64,000 nucleotides of DNA from an uncultured Oscillospiraceae bacterium (GCA_964554795.1 CAZKQB010000009.1:6719-70718); one strand, 5' to 3'. Shown: positions 8,775-18,569, counted from the first letter of the stretch. The notes: generated from the letters alone by a model not told the origin. Program-made: numbers and translations.

Positions 8775-11054
8775 TTAGCGATATGCGCTCGGAAGACCGT
8801 TTGTAACGCGCTTGAAGGCGTTTCGGAAGCGATACACGTTGTCGAAGCCGCAGGCGCGAGCAACCTCTTCAATGGAGGCGTCTGTCTTCAGTAGCGCAAG
8901 GGCGTGATGGATGCGAACCTGCTCAACATAGCTCATTACGTTCACTTGTTGGTAGGCCTTGAAGGAACGGGACAGGTAGGCCTCGCTGATGCAGAAGGTT
9001 TCGGCAAGCATACGAAGGGATAGCTCGGTGTTGGAATAGCTTTCATCGATATAGGCGCGAACCTCATTCATAAGCGCCTCGGAGCGAGAAACACAGCGCC
9101 GCTTCACGAGCGCGCAGTATTCCATGTATCGGTCGAGTACGTGCCGAATGGAATCGGTTAGCGGTTTCGATTGTGTGGGAAAAGCTGAGAAAACGGAGAG
9201 CGCGTCAAAGAACGCATCAAAATCATCCCCGGTATAGCGCCCGCGCAGACGATACAGCGAATAGATCAGCTGGTTGATCAGGGGTATGCCGTTATGAAGG
9301 CTGATAATGCGGGTGGATTCAACCCTCTGAAGGATGTCGGAAAAAATGGCCTGAATGGAATCCGAATCGCCGTCGGCAGCGCAGGCCAGCAGACGATTTT
9401 CCTCGTCAAGCGTGAAGCTGTAGGGAAGATATGCGCCGCCGGCCTCTGTGCGTAGGTCCTCTGCAAGAAGAAGTGTGCAAACGGCGTCCGGTGCGGGAGC
9501 AGTCTGCAGGCTCGCCATATAGCTGAAACATTGGCCGACCTGCAGGTATTCGTTCATATGTGGGCCGGCGATCAGCGTAATCTGGATGAATCCAGCGTCG
9601 GCAAGATGCGCATTAAAGTACTCGCGAATCTGAGAGACGAATGCCCGGAATTGATCGGGCTGGTTGTCGGAATCGTCAATTAAAACGGCAAACGATGTAG
9701 GGGAGAGATTGATTTTCTCATATGGCTGGTAGATGAACGCGGTGAGGCCGACATCCAGTGTGTTTCGCATAAGCCCGCTGGAAACTAGGAGCTGCGAGTC
9801 GGTTTCCGCTTCAAAGCGGCAAAGAAGCAGGCGAATACCGCCGTCAAATTTCCGAATGCCGGCGCTTTCCATGGCGGCGTCGATTTTGGCGGCGCTTTGG
9901 AAACAGTTGTTCAGTAGCTCCTCGTAGAACAGCCGTTTTACGAGGTAGGAGCTTTGCGTTAGACTGTCTGAGATCATCCGATTGTCGGTAATCAGCTCTT
10001 TGATTACGCGGTCAATCGAGGCCAGTTCCGCCTGCGCATTCATACCCTTGTCGGGGGATGGATAGAGGGGCTTGAGACTGGTGGTGAGCTTGTCGAAGGG
10101 TCTTCCGAACGTGCGGGAGATTCCATAGGAAAGAAACGCGCAGGAAATAATTAGAAAAACAAACACGCATCCAAGCACGATGACAATATACAGGGTTTTT
10201 TGAGTGATGTAGCTTTGGGGCACGGAAAGAGTGACCCTGAGCGGATAGACACTCGTGCTAGCCGTGACGGAAAAGCAGCTTTTTTCGGAGACGGGCGCGG
10301 ATCCCTCGGATACGGCGATCAGGCTGCCTGAAAGGTCGTGGATGGAAACGGAGACCTCGCTGTTCAGATCAATCGCATCCCGGAAAGCGGAGGCGAAGGC
10401 ATCAGTTGAGAACATGATGAGAAACTGACCAAGCTCAAGTCCGCTTGAGATGATTGGGCTTGTGTAGAAAAAAACATTTTCCGCCACTGCATCGGTGAAA
10501 AGGCCTTCCGATGCAAAATAGGCGTCGGAGGCAGGGTGAAAGCCGGCGCGCTTGCGCTCGGTTATAAGCTGGCAGAAATCATCATCATCCATTGAGCGTA
10601 CATACTCGGAAAAATATGCCGATGGATCAAGGTGCAGCTGTCCGGCGGCGGTCAAAATCACGTTTGGCCGTTTGACGTAGAGAAGAACGTCCTTCGCAAG
10701 GGGAGAGGAGGAAGAGAGCTGCTTTATGTAGCGCTGAAGCTGCGTGGCGCGAATCAGCGCATCTGAATCCGTGGAGGGAGAGGACTTTAGAGAAAACGTG
10801 CGGAATTCTTCGCTGGTTCGGAGGGAATTCATGTAATTCTGGATATCTGCAAGGGAATGGTCGAGAACCAGCGCCGCTTGATCGATAATGGATTGCAGGG
10901 ATTTTTCCTCGTTTTTATGCGTTATATGCACAACGGTCGCATAGATAAAGATGCTCACGGTAAGAATCAGAACCAGGATGCATACGCTGTACCGGATCAG
11001 TGCGCGATGCGTAATCGAATACAAATGGCGTGATTTCATCATAAGCAACATCAA
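8775..11054 (-). CDS. membrane-spanning AraC-family one-component regulator (two TM segments flanking an extracytoplasmic domain, C-terminal HTH)
   Basis: 759 aa. TM1 CILVLILTVSIFIYATVV, TM2 LYIVIVLGCVFVFLIISCAFL. C-terminal AraC HTH: LSLRMLAETFCISEAYLSRSFK...GFDNVYRFRNAFKR. Confidence 0.8.
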   Translation of the reverse strand: MMLLMMKSRHLYSITHRALIRYSVCILVLILTVSIFIYATVVHITHKNEEKSLQSIIDQAALVLDHSLADIQNYMNSLRTSEEFRTFSLKSSPSTDSDALIRATQLQRYIKQLSSSSPLAKDVLLYVKRPNVILTAAGQLHLDPSAYFSEYVRSMDDDDFCQLITERKRAGFHPASDAYFASEGLFTDAVAENVFFYTSPIISSGLELGQFLIMFSTDAFASAFRDAIDLNSEVSVSIHDLSGSLIAVSEGSAPVSEKSCFSVTASTSVYPLRVTLSVPQSYITQKTLYIVIVLGCVFVFLIISCAFLSYGISRTFGRPFDKLTTSLKPLYPSPDKGMNAQAELASIDRVIKELITDNRMISDSLTQSSYLVKRLFYEELLNNCFQSAAKIDAAMESAGIRKFDGGIRLLLCRFEAETDSQLLVSSGLMRNTLDVGLTAFIYQPYEKINLSPTSFAVLIDDSDNQPDQFRAFVSQIREYFNAHLADAGFIQITLIAGPHMNEYLQVGQCFSYMASLQTAPAPDAVCTLLLAEDLRTEAGGAYLPYSFTLDEENRLLACAADGDSDSIQAIFSDILQRVESTRIISLHNGIPLINQLIYSLYRLRGRYTGDDFDAFFDALSVFSAFPTQSKPLTDSIRHVLDRYMEYCALVKRRCVSRSEALMNEVRAYIDESYSNTELSLRMLAETFCISEAYLSRSFKAYQQVNVMSYVEQVRIHHALALLKTDASIEEVARACGFDNVYRFRNAFKRVTNGLPSAYR

Positions 11055-11190
11055 ACTCCAGCTATATGTATATTGAAATTGAAGGTCACATCAAAGAAGA
11101 AAACCAATCCCACAACAATTATAGCATGTGGAAAGGATATGTCAACGGCTTTCGTGTATTGCCAATGAAAAGGGCGGGATAAGTCGGAGA

Positions 11191-11225
11191 GACAGAAAAG
11201 AAGCTCCGCAGGAGGTGCGGAGCTT
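11191..11225 (-). terminator. rho-independent terminator of the DUF362/dehydrogenase operon
   Basis: AAGCTCCGCA-GGAGG-TGCGGAGCTT, a 10-bp stem. On the - strand it is followed by CTTTTCTGTC. Confidence 0.7.
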
Positions 11226-11234
11226 TAAAACCGG

Positions 11235-12164
11235 TCAGTTGCGGGCGCGGTAGCCGGTTGAGGGATCGACGCGGCTGAGCAGAGGCTCTCCGGTTGAAAG
11301 GGCGCGGAGGTTATGGGTCACGATGCGGGCGAGGCTTTCGCCGACGTCGGGCAGGTGGTCGCCTCCGGCGACGTGCGGAGAGATGAGGAGGTGTGGCGCA
11401 TGCCAGAGGGGGCTGTCTGCGGGCAGTGGCTCCGTGCACAGCACGTCGAGGGCGGCGCCGCCAAGACGTCCGTTTGTCAGTGCCTTGAGCAGGGCGGTTT
11501 CGTCAATCAGGCTGCCGCGGCCGACGTTGAGAAGGTAGGCTCCCGGCTTGAAAAGCGAAAGACGAGCTTCATTCAGAAGGCCGCGCGTCTGCGGTGTTTC
11601 GGGAAGCGCGCAGGCAACGACGTCGGCGGAGGGAAGAAGCGTGTCCAGCTGATCGAGGCCAAAGATGCGGTCGGCGATATCCGGGTCGGAGGTGGGTGTG
11701 CGGCGGATGCCGGTTACGCTTGCACCGAGCGCGCGGCACATGCGCGCGAACGCGCTGCCGATGTCGCCCAGACCTACGACCAGCACGTTTGCGCCGCGCA
11801 CGGAATGCGCCGATCCCAGATCTTTCCAGCAGGCAGACTGCTGCTGAACGGCGTATTCGTTCAGGCGCTTCATCAGGCAAAGCAGGGAGGCGAACATGTG
11901 CTCAGCTACCGTGTGGCCGTATGCGCCTGTCGCGCAGCAAATTACGAGACCGGGATGCGTGCGGTACAGCTCGGGATAGCGTCCGGTTCCAGCGCTGTGA
12001 AGCTGCAAAAGGCGCAGGTTTGTATTGCGTTCGAGCGCATCAAAGGGCGGATTTCCGATGACGATTTCGGCGTCGTCGGGTGTGCCGGTAAGATCGGCGT
12101 CCGGCAGAGCGGCAAAAACGGCTTCCCGGAGGCCTTTGACGGGGATGTGCAGGCAGATTTTCAT
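11235..12164 (-). CDS. NAD-dependent D-isomer-specific 2-hydroxyacid dehydrogenase
   Basis: ORF 11235..12341. The internal ATG at 12164 overlaps the upstream stop (ATGA). GANVLVVGLGDIGSAFA Rossmann motif. Family-typical C-terminal half (LLNVGRGSLIDE...ISPHVAG). Confidence 0.85.
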   Translation of the reverse strand: MKICLHIPVKGLREAVFAALPDADLTGTPDDAEIVIGNPPFDALERNTNLRLLQLHSAGTGRYPELYRTHPGLVICCATGAYGHTVAEHMFASLLCLMKRLNEYAVQQQSACWKDLGSAHSVRGANVLVVGLGDIGSAFARMCRALGASVTGIRRTPTSDPDIADRIFGLDQLDTLLPSADVVACALPETPQTRGLLNEARLSLFKPGAYLLNVGRGSLIDETALLKALTNGRLGGAALDVLCTEPLPADSPLWHAPHLLISPHVAGGDHLPDVGESLARIVTHNLRALSTGEPLLSRVDPSTGYRARN

Positions 12165-13318
12165 TTGGATGTTTCGTCCTTTCTTCGGTTCAGCAATTTG
12201 GCAATAGCGGGTCGCTCCACGTGTATCGCACCCTTTGGGCAGAATTCCTGACAGCAGAAGCAGCGAATGCAGTGGGCGCGGTCGATGGTGGGACGATGCC
12301 TTCGCATTGAAATTGCCTTTGCGGGGCAAAGTTTTTTGCATTTTTCGCAGCCGATGCAGGCACGCCGATCAACGGCGGGGCGGCTGCATAGCGCGGCGGA
12401 GGCAAGCTTCCCGAAAAGCGTTCCCCAGAGGCCCGGTAGCTCGCGGGTGAAGGTAAGATCCCTGCGCGTGCGCACAAGATCGTAGTCGGGCACAGCGAAT
12501 GCAGAGGGGTTGCCGAAGAGGGTGATTTCATCCTCTAACCCACGCGCGGCAGCACGCTGAATTGTTTCCGTCTGCGCCGGGTCAAGGCCGATGATGCCTG
12601 CGCAGATACGGTCGGCAGCGTAGGGCGAATCGGAGGCGATCAGTGCGCCGATAGTACGCGGATGCCCCATCGTCGGGCCGTTGCCTTCCATGCCCACCAC
12701 TGCGTCCACTAGACACAGGCGCGGACGAAAGCGTTCGCTCAGATCTACGAGCATATCGGCAAAATCGGAGTGCGCGGGAAAACGATAGTGGTATTCCGGC
12801 TTGAATGTGCCAGGGATCACGCCGAAAAGGTTCTTCACGCAGGCAGACATGCCCATCATGCCGTGCGTTTTTAGCTTGCAGAAGTCGATAATGGCGTCGG
12901 CCTCGTCCAGATAGGCAGTGTAGTCCAGCGATTTCAGGATGGCACCGCCGGGATTTTCTGCGTGGACGTGCGCGAAGTTCTGATTCAGCCTTGCACCGGT
13001 TTCCAGCACGGCGCGCACACCGGTGGCAGCATAGACGGCGTTCACATAGGCGGATGTGTACAGTCCGCCGGGGCTGTCGCCCACGATGACGCGCGCGCCG
13101 CGGCCGATGAGAAGCTCGCACAGCGTCGAGAGCAGCGCCGGATGCGTCGTTGCAGCGGATTCCGGCTTCATCATGCTGACCAGATTCGCCTTTATGACGA
13201 TGGTCATGCCGGACTGCACCCAGTCGAGCCCGCCGAGCGGACGGAGGGCTGCTTCAAGCGCCGGGCGAACGGTATCGGGCGCATAATCTCGGCAAGGAAC
13301 GATGGAAACGACGGACAT
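12161..13318 (-). CDS. DUF362 domain protein with C-terminal 2x[4Fe-4S] ferredoxin domain
   Basis: ORF 12161..13447. ATG at 13318 follows GGGAGGG. MSVVSIVPCRDY...MTIVIKANLV is a DUF362-type N-terminus. Two CxxCxxCxxxCP motifs (CIGCEKCKKLCP, CIRCFCCQEFCP). Confidence 0.8.
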   Translation of the reverse strand: MSVVSIVPCRDYAPDTVRPALEAALRPLGGLDWVQSGMTIVIKANLVSMMKPESAATTHPALLSTLCELLIGRGARVIVGDSPGGLYTSAYVNAVYAATGVRAVLETGARLNQNFAHVHAENPGGAILKSLDYTAYLDEADAIIDFCKLKTHGMMGMSACVKNLFGVIPGTFKPEYHYRFPAHSDFADMLVDLSERFRPRLCLVDAVVGMEGNGPTMGHPRTIGALIASDSPYAADRICAGIIGLDPAQTETIQRAAARGLEDEITLFGNPSAFAVPDYDLVRTRRDLTFTRELPGLWGTLFGKLASAALCSRPAVDRRACIGCEKCKKLCPAKAISMRRHRPTIDRAHCIRCFCCQEFCPKGAIHVERPAIAKLLNRRKDETSK

Positions 13319-13459
13319 GGGCAACCCTCCCGATGGTTCGTTGGATCGTGTGCGTCTCGCGATATGTGCAGATTGGCAGACTTCAGTGTGGATTGGATGA
13401 CCGGCTTCGAGGACGTGGCTCTGGCGGGAAAGGACGAAGATGGGCAAATCCTCCGATGA

Positions 13460-14389
13460 TTAGTTGGACACCGTGGCTGCCACGCGTGTTTCGCGGTATG
13501 CGCCGGTTACGCAGCGAATGCTGGTCAGGCGGGTTCGGCGCAGGCCGAGCAGCGCATCCATTTCGTCGGCTACGTTGGTGTACAGCCCACGCGTGTGGTG
13601 CACGAGAATGTAGTCGGCCTCGCGGATGCGTCCCCTTGCACTGCGGCAGAAGGTGCGCACGGGCGCGGCAACTGCGAACGCCCAGATTGGCGAGCAGATG
13701 GTCACATGCGCATAGGAGGAAAGGTCGACGTTGGGCGTTTCAATGGGCATATCCCAGCGATGCATGGCGTAGCGGCCGCACCACCAGAAGCCGAGCGTTC
13801 CCTGCGTGCGCTCCGTCGAGCGGATTTCGTATACGTCGGCGCCGGTGCGGTTGGCCTCTGCCAGCGCCTTTTTTCGCACATAGCCCATGCGCGAAAAGTA
13901 GACTACCAGATGCGAGGGGTTCGCTGCGAGATTTGCGTATTCCCGCGTTCCTGCCGTGAAGGCCTCCTGCCTTTGAAAGACCACCGCCGCCCAGCCGGTC
14001 GCGGCCTGCGCAAGGCCGAAGAAGAAGTAGATCGTGGACATGAAATTCAGCGGGAACATGTAAAACTGGATGCAGATCCACAGCATCAGCGTTACGCCGA
14101 AAATGCCGCCCAGAGCTGCCCCGACCTTTTTGCGCGCAAGCAGCAGCGCGGCGGCGGTTAGGTTGGTAAGACCGTTGACGATCAGAAGGGCAAAGCCCGA
14201 AAACAGGAGATCCTGAAACAGTACGTTTGCAAACGGGAGCGCCTGAAAATAGGGCAGCATTGCATCCATGCCCATGGCGCGGCCGGAGGGGTCGATGAGC
14301 ATGCCGGCTGCGCCAGCCACGGCCCCCAGACCGATGAACAGCGTCCAGAAGATCAGCAGACGGCGGGCAACGGCAAATCGGGAATGCAT
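13460..14389 (-). CDS. membrane protein (about 4 TM) fused to a flavodoxin-like domain
   Basis: 309 aa. The N-terminal half is hydrophobic. The C-terminal half (HLVVYFSRMGYVRKKALAEANRTGADVYEI...ICSPIW) matches the flavodoxin-like fold pattern. Confidence 0.6.
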   Translation of the reverse strand: MHSRFAVARRLLIFWTLFIGLGAVAGAAGMLIDPSGRAMGMDAMLPYFQALPFANVLFQDLLFSGFALLIVNGLTNLTAAALLLARKKVGAALGGIFGVTLMLWICIQFYMFPLNFMSTIYFFFGLAQAATGWAAVVFQRQEAFTAGTREYANLAANPSHLVVYFSRMGYVRKKALAEANRTGADVYEIRSTERTQGTLGFWWCGRYAMHRWDMPIETPNVDLSSYAHVTICSPIWAFAVAAPVRTFCRSARGRIREADYILVHHTRGLYTNVADEMDALLGLRRTRLTSIRCVTGAYRETRVAATVSN

Positions 14390-14506
14390 AAAAACAACGC
14401 CTCTTTCCGAAAAACAGGAATGAGCTTAGTATAGCATTCTTCTATGAAAAAAGAAACCGCCCATTGAACGGAAGAGCGGCTTGCAGAAAATTTTTCAATC
14501 GGGGTG

Positions 14507-15301
14507 CTACCACGCGCCCGTAACGAAGCCTACGCATGTGGCGAAAAATTCGCGCAGCAGGTAGTGGGGCAGGCTGAACAGCGAGGTGGCCACCGGCACG
14601 GCGTACGTTTCGCCCTCGTGCAGCGAGCGCGCAATCTTCAGTGCGCGGAACACGTGGAAATTGTTGGTCACGACGCCGATAGACATCTCACCAGGGCTTT
14701 CGAGCTTCTCAAGCGAAAAACGAAGGTTTTCCCGCGTGGACGTGGAAAGTGATTCCAGCAGGATGCGTTCCTCTGGAACGCCGCGCGCAACCAGACCGCA
14801 CCGAATGCATTCCGCTTCGCTGATGCCTTCATCCTCACCCTGTCCGCCGGAGGCGATCACAAGCGTATCTGGATTTGACAGCGCGTATTCGGCGGCGACC
14901 TCGATGCGGTTGCGCAGTGCGCCGCTGGGGGAGGTGCCGTTGACCTTCGCGCCCAGCACGATGATGCAGTCAAGCCCTGCGGGCGTAGATTCGAGCGCGC
15001 CCTTGAGGATAATGCCCTCAATGGAGAGCAGAATCACGAGCCCGACGGCAACTAGCACGTGCATGGCGCGCAGAAAGCCGCGCGGAAGGGGAGAGGGTTG
15101 GCCGGTGCGGATCATACGCGCGACCAGCGCAAAGCGCACAAGTAGCGCGGCTCCAATCAGCGGCCACAGCCACAATAGTGACTGCCCGAAGCGAATCAGG
15201 AAGCCGTTGGCAAAATAGTAAACAAAGCACAGCACGCCCACAAGCAGGAAAAGGAAGTTTACGAGTCTTGAAGGGTAGCGCTTGACAGTGTTCTTTTTCA
15301 T
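14507..15301 (-). CDS. YdcF/ElyC (DUF218) family membrane protein
   Basis: 264 aa. N-terminal TM segments, then IIVLGAKVNG...VIASGGQGEDEGISEAE...STSTRENL, which is typical of DUF218. Confidence 0.75.
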   Translation of the reverse strand: MKKNTVKRYPSRLVNFLFLLVGVLCFVYYFANGFLIRFGQSLLWLWPLIGAALLVRFALVARMIRTGQPSPLPRGFLRAMHVLVAVGLVILLSIEGIILKGALESTPAGLDCIIVLGAKVNGTSPSGALRNRIEVAAEYALSNPDTLVIASGGQGEDEGISEAECIRCGLVARGVPEERILLESLSTSTRENLRFSLEKLESPGEMSIGVVTNNFHVFRALKIARSLHEGETYAVPVATSLFSLPHYLLREFFATCVGFVTGAW

Positions 15302-15328
15302 TCAAACCTCACTTTGTGAAATCGTCTG

Positions 15329-17758
15329 TCAGTGGCAGATGCCGCAGGTTCCAAAGTCGGACAGATCCTGCTTCGTCGTTGCGCCCTTGAAATACTGCTG
15401 CACCTGCGCAAGGCTTTCCGCCTGCCGGAGCGGGTGCCCCTGCGGAATATAGATGATGCCGTAGGAGCGCGTGGAGGAACAGTTTCCGTTGGGGCGCTTG
15501 TTGGAGCGTGTGCAGAGCGTCACGGTGCGGTGCATGTTGCAGTCGACCGTGGGCTGCGTGCCGGCCAGATAATAGTCGCGCGTGACGGAATAGCCGTTTG
15601 CGTCGCGGCGGCAGGAAGCCGTGGGCCGCATGCCGCTTACGCCGCAGGCCTCGGCGAGAACCAGCCCGTAATCGGAGGCGCTGCCGCTGATGATGGCGCG
15701 ATCCTTCGTGATCCCGGCGTAGGAGTGTACCTGGCTCATTACTGCGGCCCACAGCGGCGCGGCATAGGTTCCGCCGGTCGCGTTGGAAACCAGAGGCTTA
15801 TAGTTGTCGTGACCGATCCATACCGCGCAGGAATAATACGCGGTCATTCCGGCAAAGAATACGCCGCAGGCATCCGAGTTGGTGCCGGTCTTTCCGGCCA
15901 CGGTGAAGTTTCCGAATTTTGCGCGGGAGCCGGTTCCGCTGGAGCCGGACACACAGTCCTTTAGAACATCCACCAGCATGTAGGCGGTGGAGGGCTTGAA
16001 CGCCTCACGGCGAATCTGCACGTCGCGCGCCACGATGTAGGGCGTTTTATTGTCGTCATACAGTACCTTCGAGAAGGCGTACGATTCCTGATATTCGCCC
16101 AGATTGGCAATTGCGCCGAAGGCCGTGGCCATTTCAATGACGGAAATGCCGGAGGAGCCCAGCGCGAGGCCCGAGCCGGTAGCCTGAATATGGGAGGACG
16201 AAACGCCCAACCGCAGCAGGTAATTGACGGAGTTTGAGATGCCGACGTAGGTGTACAATGCCTGTGCCGTGGAATAGTTGTGTGATTTGTTGATGGCGTA
16301 ACGCATCGACTCGCAGCCATTAAAGCTGCCGCCGCCGTAGTTGTTGGGATAGCCCTGCTTGCTGTCCCATCCCTCAATGCGGATTGGAAGGTTGAGCACG
16401 GGAGAGCCCGGCGACCAGCCCATGTCAAAGGCGGGGCCGTACACGCTCAGCGGCTTAATGGATGAGCCGACAGGCATGTTCATCTGGTAGGCGCGGTTCA
16501 GCTGCTTGCGCGCCGTAGGCTCGCTGCGGCCGCCGACAACGGCAACCAGCTCGCCCGTGTGCCAATCCACGACCGCGCAGGCGGCCTGCGGCTCCACAAC
16601 ATTCACATATTCGCCGTTCGTCAGAGATTTTTTGTAGCGGTCGGACTTATAGCGCGTGTCCGGATAGCGGTTCCATTCGGAAATCACCTTCTGCACCGTG
16701 GACTGCATCTGCGGATCGAGGCTCAGATAGATGTGATAGCCGCCAGTACGCAGCTTGTTTTCCATGGCTGCGCGGTTTGCAGTGGTGTCCTCCTTCTGCT
16801 CTACGCGCAGCATCTTGGTCACCACGTCGTAAATGGCATATTCGACATAGTAGGCGTGGTCATACATCTTTTCGGCGGATGAGCTGGTCTGAAGCACCTG
16901 AAGCGTTTCGGCCTTGGCCTGCTCACATTCCTCAAGGGTGATGAAGCCGTAGCTGTACATTTCCTCAAGAATGTAGTTTGCGCCCTTTTCGCTTTCCTCC
17001 GGGGTATTCCGGATGTAGTAATTGGTGCGGGGATTGTAGCGATAAGGATTCTTGATCAGGCGCGCAAGCATGGCGCATTCCTTCAGCGAAAGCTCGCTCA
17101 GATCCTTGCCGAAGTAATCCTGTGCAGCGGTTTTTACGCCGTACAGTGAGCCGCCCATGTAGACGACGTTCAGATACTCCACGAGAATACGCTCCTTGGC
17201 CGAGCGCGTGTCGCCGGAAAACAGCCCTGTCAGCGTTTCTTCCAGGCGCAGCGCGAGATAGGCCTCCTGAACCTTGCGCTTGTAGGTCTGCTCGCTGGAA
17301 AGCAGCGTCTGCTTGATCAGCTGGCAGGTGATCGTGCTGCCGCCCTGATTGTTGCCGGAGAGCAGGTTACCCACCAGCGCGCCCAGATAACGGTGAACGT
17401 CCACGCCGCTGTGTTCCCAGAAATGCGCGTCCTCGGCGGAGATTACGGCGTTGATCAGGTTTTGCGGAAGCTCGTCATACGTGCAGTACACGCGGTTTTC
17501 TGTTCCGCGGAAGGTGGTGATCAGATTGCCGTACTTGTCGTAGATGAAGGACGTCTGCGCCTGCGAGTTGAAAAGATCCAGATCAAGCTCCGGCGAGGTA
17601 TCTACCCATGCCTTTGCAATGCCCATCACAAGTCCCGTGGCAGAGAAGGCGATAATCAGAATCAGAATCACCAGCATTTTTACCGTGGTCATAAACACGG
17701 ACAGTATGAAGCTTCCATAGCCGTTGCGCGGCACAAACAAAGGATTTTGCTTGCTCAT
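15329..17758 (-). CDS. class A penicillin-binding protein (PBP1A family glycosyltransferase/transpeptidase) with a Cys-rich C-terminal tail
   Basis: ORF 15329..17812. ATG at 17758 follows GGAGG. GT51 motifs (AEDAHFWEHSGVD, GGSTITCQL) and transpeptidase motifs (SSIKP, KTGT). Confidence 0.9.
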   Translation of the reverse strand: MSKQNPLFVPRNGYGSFILSVFMTTVKMLVILILIIAFSATGLVMGIAKAWVDTSPELDLDLFNSQAQTSFIYDKYGNLITTFRGTENRVYCTYDELPQNLINAVISAEDAHFWEHSGVDVHRYLGALVGNLLSGNNQGGSTITCQLIKQTLLSSEQTYKRKVQEAYLALRLEETLTGLFSGDTRSAKERILVEYLNVVYMGGSLYGVKTAAQDYFGKDLSELSLKECAMLARLIKNPYRYNPRTNYYIRNTPEESEKGANYILEEMYSYGFITLEECEQAKAETLQVLQTSSSAEKMYDHAYYVEYAIYDVVTKMLRVEQKEDTTANRAAMENKLRTGGYHIYLSLDPQMQSTVQKVISEWNRYPDTRYKSDRYKKSLTNGEYVNVVEPQAACAVVDWHTGELVAVVGGRSEPTARKQLNRAYQMNMPVGSSIKPLSVYGPAFDMGWSPGSPVLNLPIRIEGWDSKQGYPNNYGGGSFNGCESMRYAINKSHNYSTAQALYTYVGISNSVNYLLRLGVSSSHIQATGSGLALGSSGISVIEMATAFGAIANLGEYQESYAFSKVLYDDNKTPYIVARDVQIRREAFKPSTAYMLVDVLKDCVSGSSGTGSRAKFGNFTVAGKTGTNSDACGVFFAGMTAYYSCAVWIGHDNYKPLVSNATGGTYAAPLWAAVMSQVHSYAGITKDRAIISGSASDYGLVLAEACGVSGMRPTASCRRDANGYSVTRDYYLAGTQPTVDCNMHRTVTLCTRSNKRPNGNCSSTRSYGIIYIPQGHPLRQAESLAQVQQYFKGATTKQDLSDFGTCGICH

Positions 17759-17933
17759 GAAGTCCTCCGTAAAGCGTATATCAAACCCAATATAGTATAG
17801 CACGAAATCCATACGCCGTCAAAGGCTGAATTCCCTTTCTTTGACGGCGAAAGCATGGCTTTGGTTGCGTATAGCGCGAAGATTCCGGGGGAATGAATAA
17901 GCCTGGCATTCCCATAAAAGGAGGAAAACGAAA

Positions 17934-18134
17934 ATGCCTACCGGAATGATTCAGTCTAAGAGCCTTTCCATTCTCCAGGATCAGCTGACGCACGAGTTCA
18001 TCGCCTGTAAAAAGGCGGAGCACTACGCGCAGACCTTCCAGAACGCGGAGCTGAAAACGCTGGCTGGAGAGCTGGCTAACTGTCACAAGCAGCGCTATGA
18101 TCGTCTGTTCAACTACCTGAACAGCTGGCAGTAA
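17934..18134 (+). CDS. small CotF-like (spore coat protein F family) protein
   Basis: 66 aa. AAGGAGGAAAACGAAAATG ribosome-binding site. Helical pattern LQDQLTHEF...KKAEHYA...LANCHKQRYDRLFNYL. Paired with the next CotF gene. Confidence 0.5.
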   Translation: MPTGMIQSKSLSILQDQLTHEFIACKKAEHYAQTFQNAELKTLAGELANCHKQRYDRLFNYLNSWQ

Positions 18135-18151
18135 GAAAGGAGGCGTGCAAA

Positions 18152-18427
18152 ATGAACGAAAACATCATGAATGATCAGTACGGCATGGAGGATCTGCTTG
18201 AGCAGGAGAAATATCTCATTCACAATTACGGTACTTTCATTCCCGAGGCCTCCGAGATGCCGCTGCGTACCGTACTCACCGACAACCTGAACGGCTGCGT
18301 GAAGGATCAGTATCAGGTGTTTGCGAAAATGGAGCAGATGGGCTGGTTCAAGGGTCAGGAGGCCGATGTGAACGTGCTCACCGGCGCCAAGCAGCGCTTC
18401 GGCCGCATGCAGAATGAGCTGAACTGA
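18152..18427 (+). CDS. spore coat protein F (Coat_F domain)
   Basis: 91 aa. EDLLEQEKYLIHNYGTFIPEASEMPLRTVL...QYQVFAKMEQMGWF matches the Coat_F signature. Confidence 0.7.
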   Translation: MNENIMNDQYGMEDLLEQEKYLIHNYGTFIPEASEMPLRTVLTDNLNGCVKDQYQVFAKMEQMGWFKGQEADVNVLTGAKQRFGRMQNELN

Positions 18428-18464
18428 CGTACCATACGGAGAAAATCTGCGGAATGCTTCGACT

Positions 18465-18490
18465 AAAGCGGAGTATTCCGCTTTTTGTTG
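18465..18490 (+). terminator. rho-independent terminator after the cotF pair
   Basis: AAGCGGA-GTAT-TCCGCTT followed by TTTTGTTG. Confidence 0.7.
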
Positions 18491-18569
18491 TGCGAAATCC
18501 CATGAAAGATGCACCGGAATCGAAGCGTAAGGCAAAAAGATGTCTTTTTTCAGGAAAATTTGAAATACC

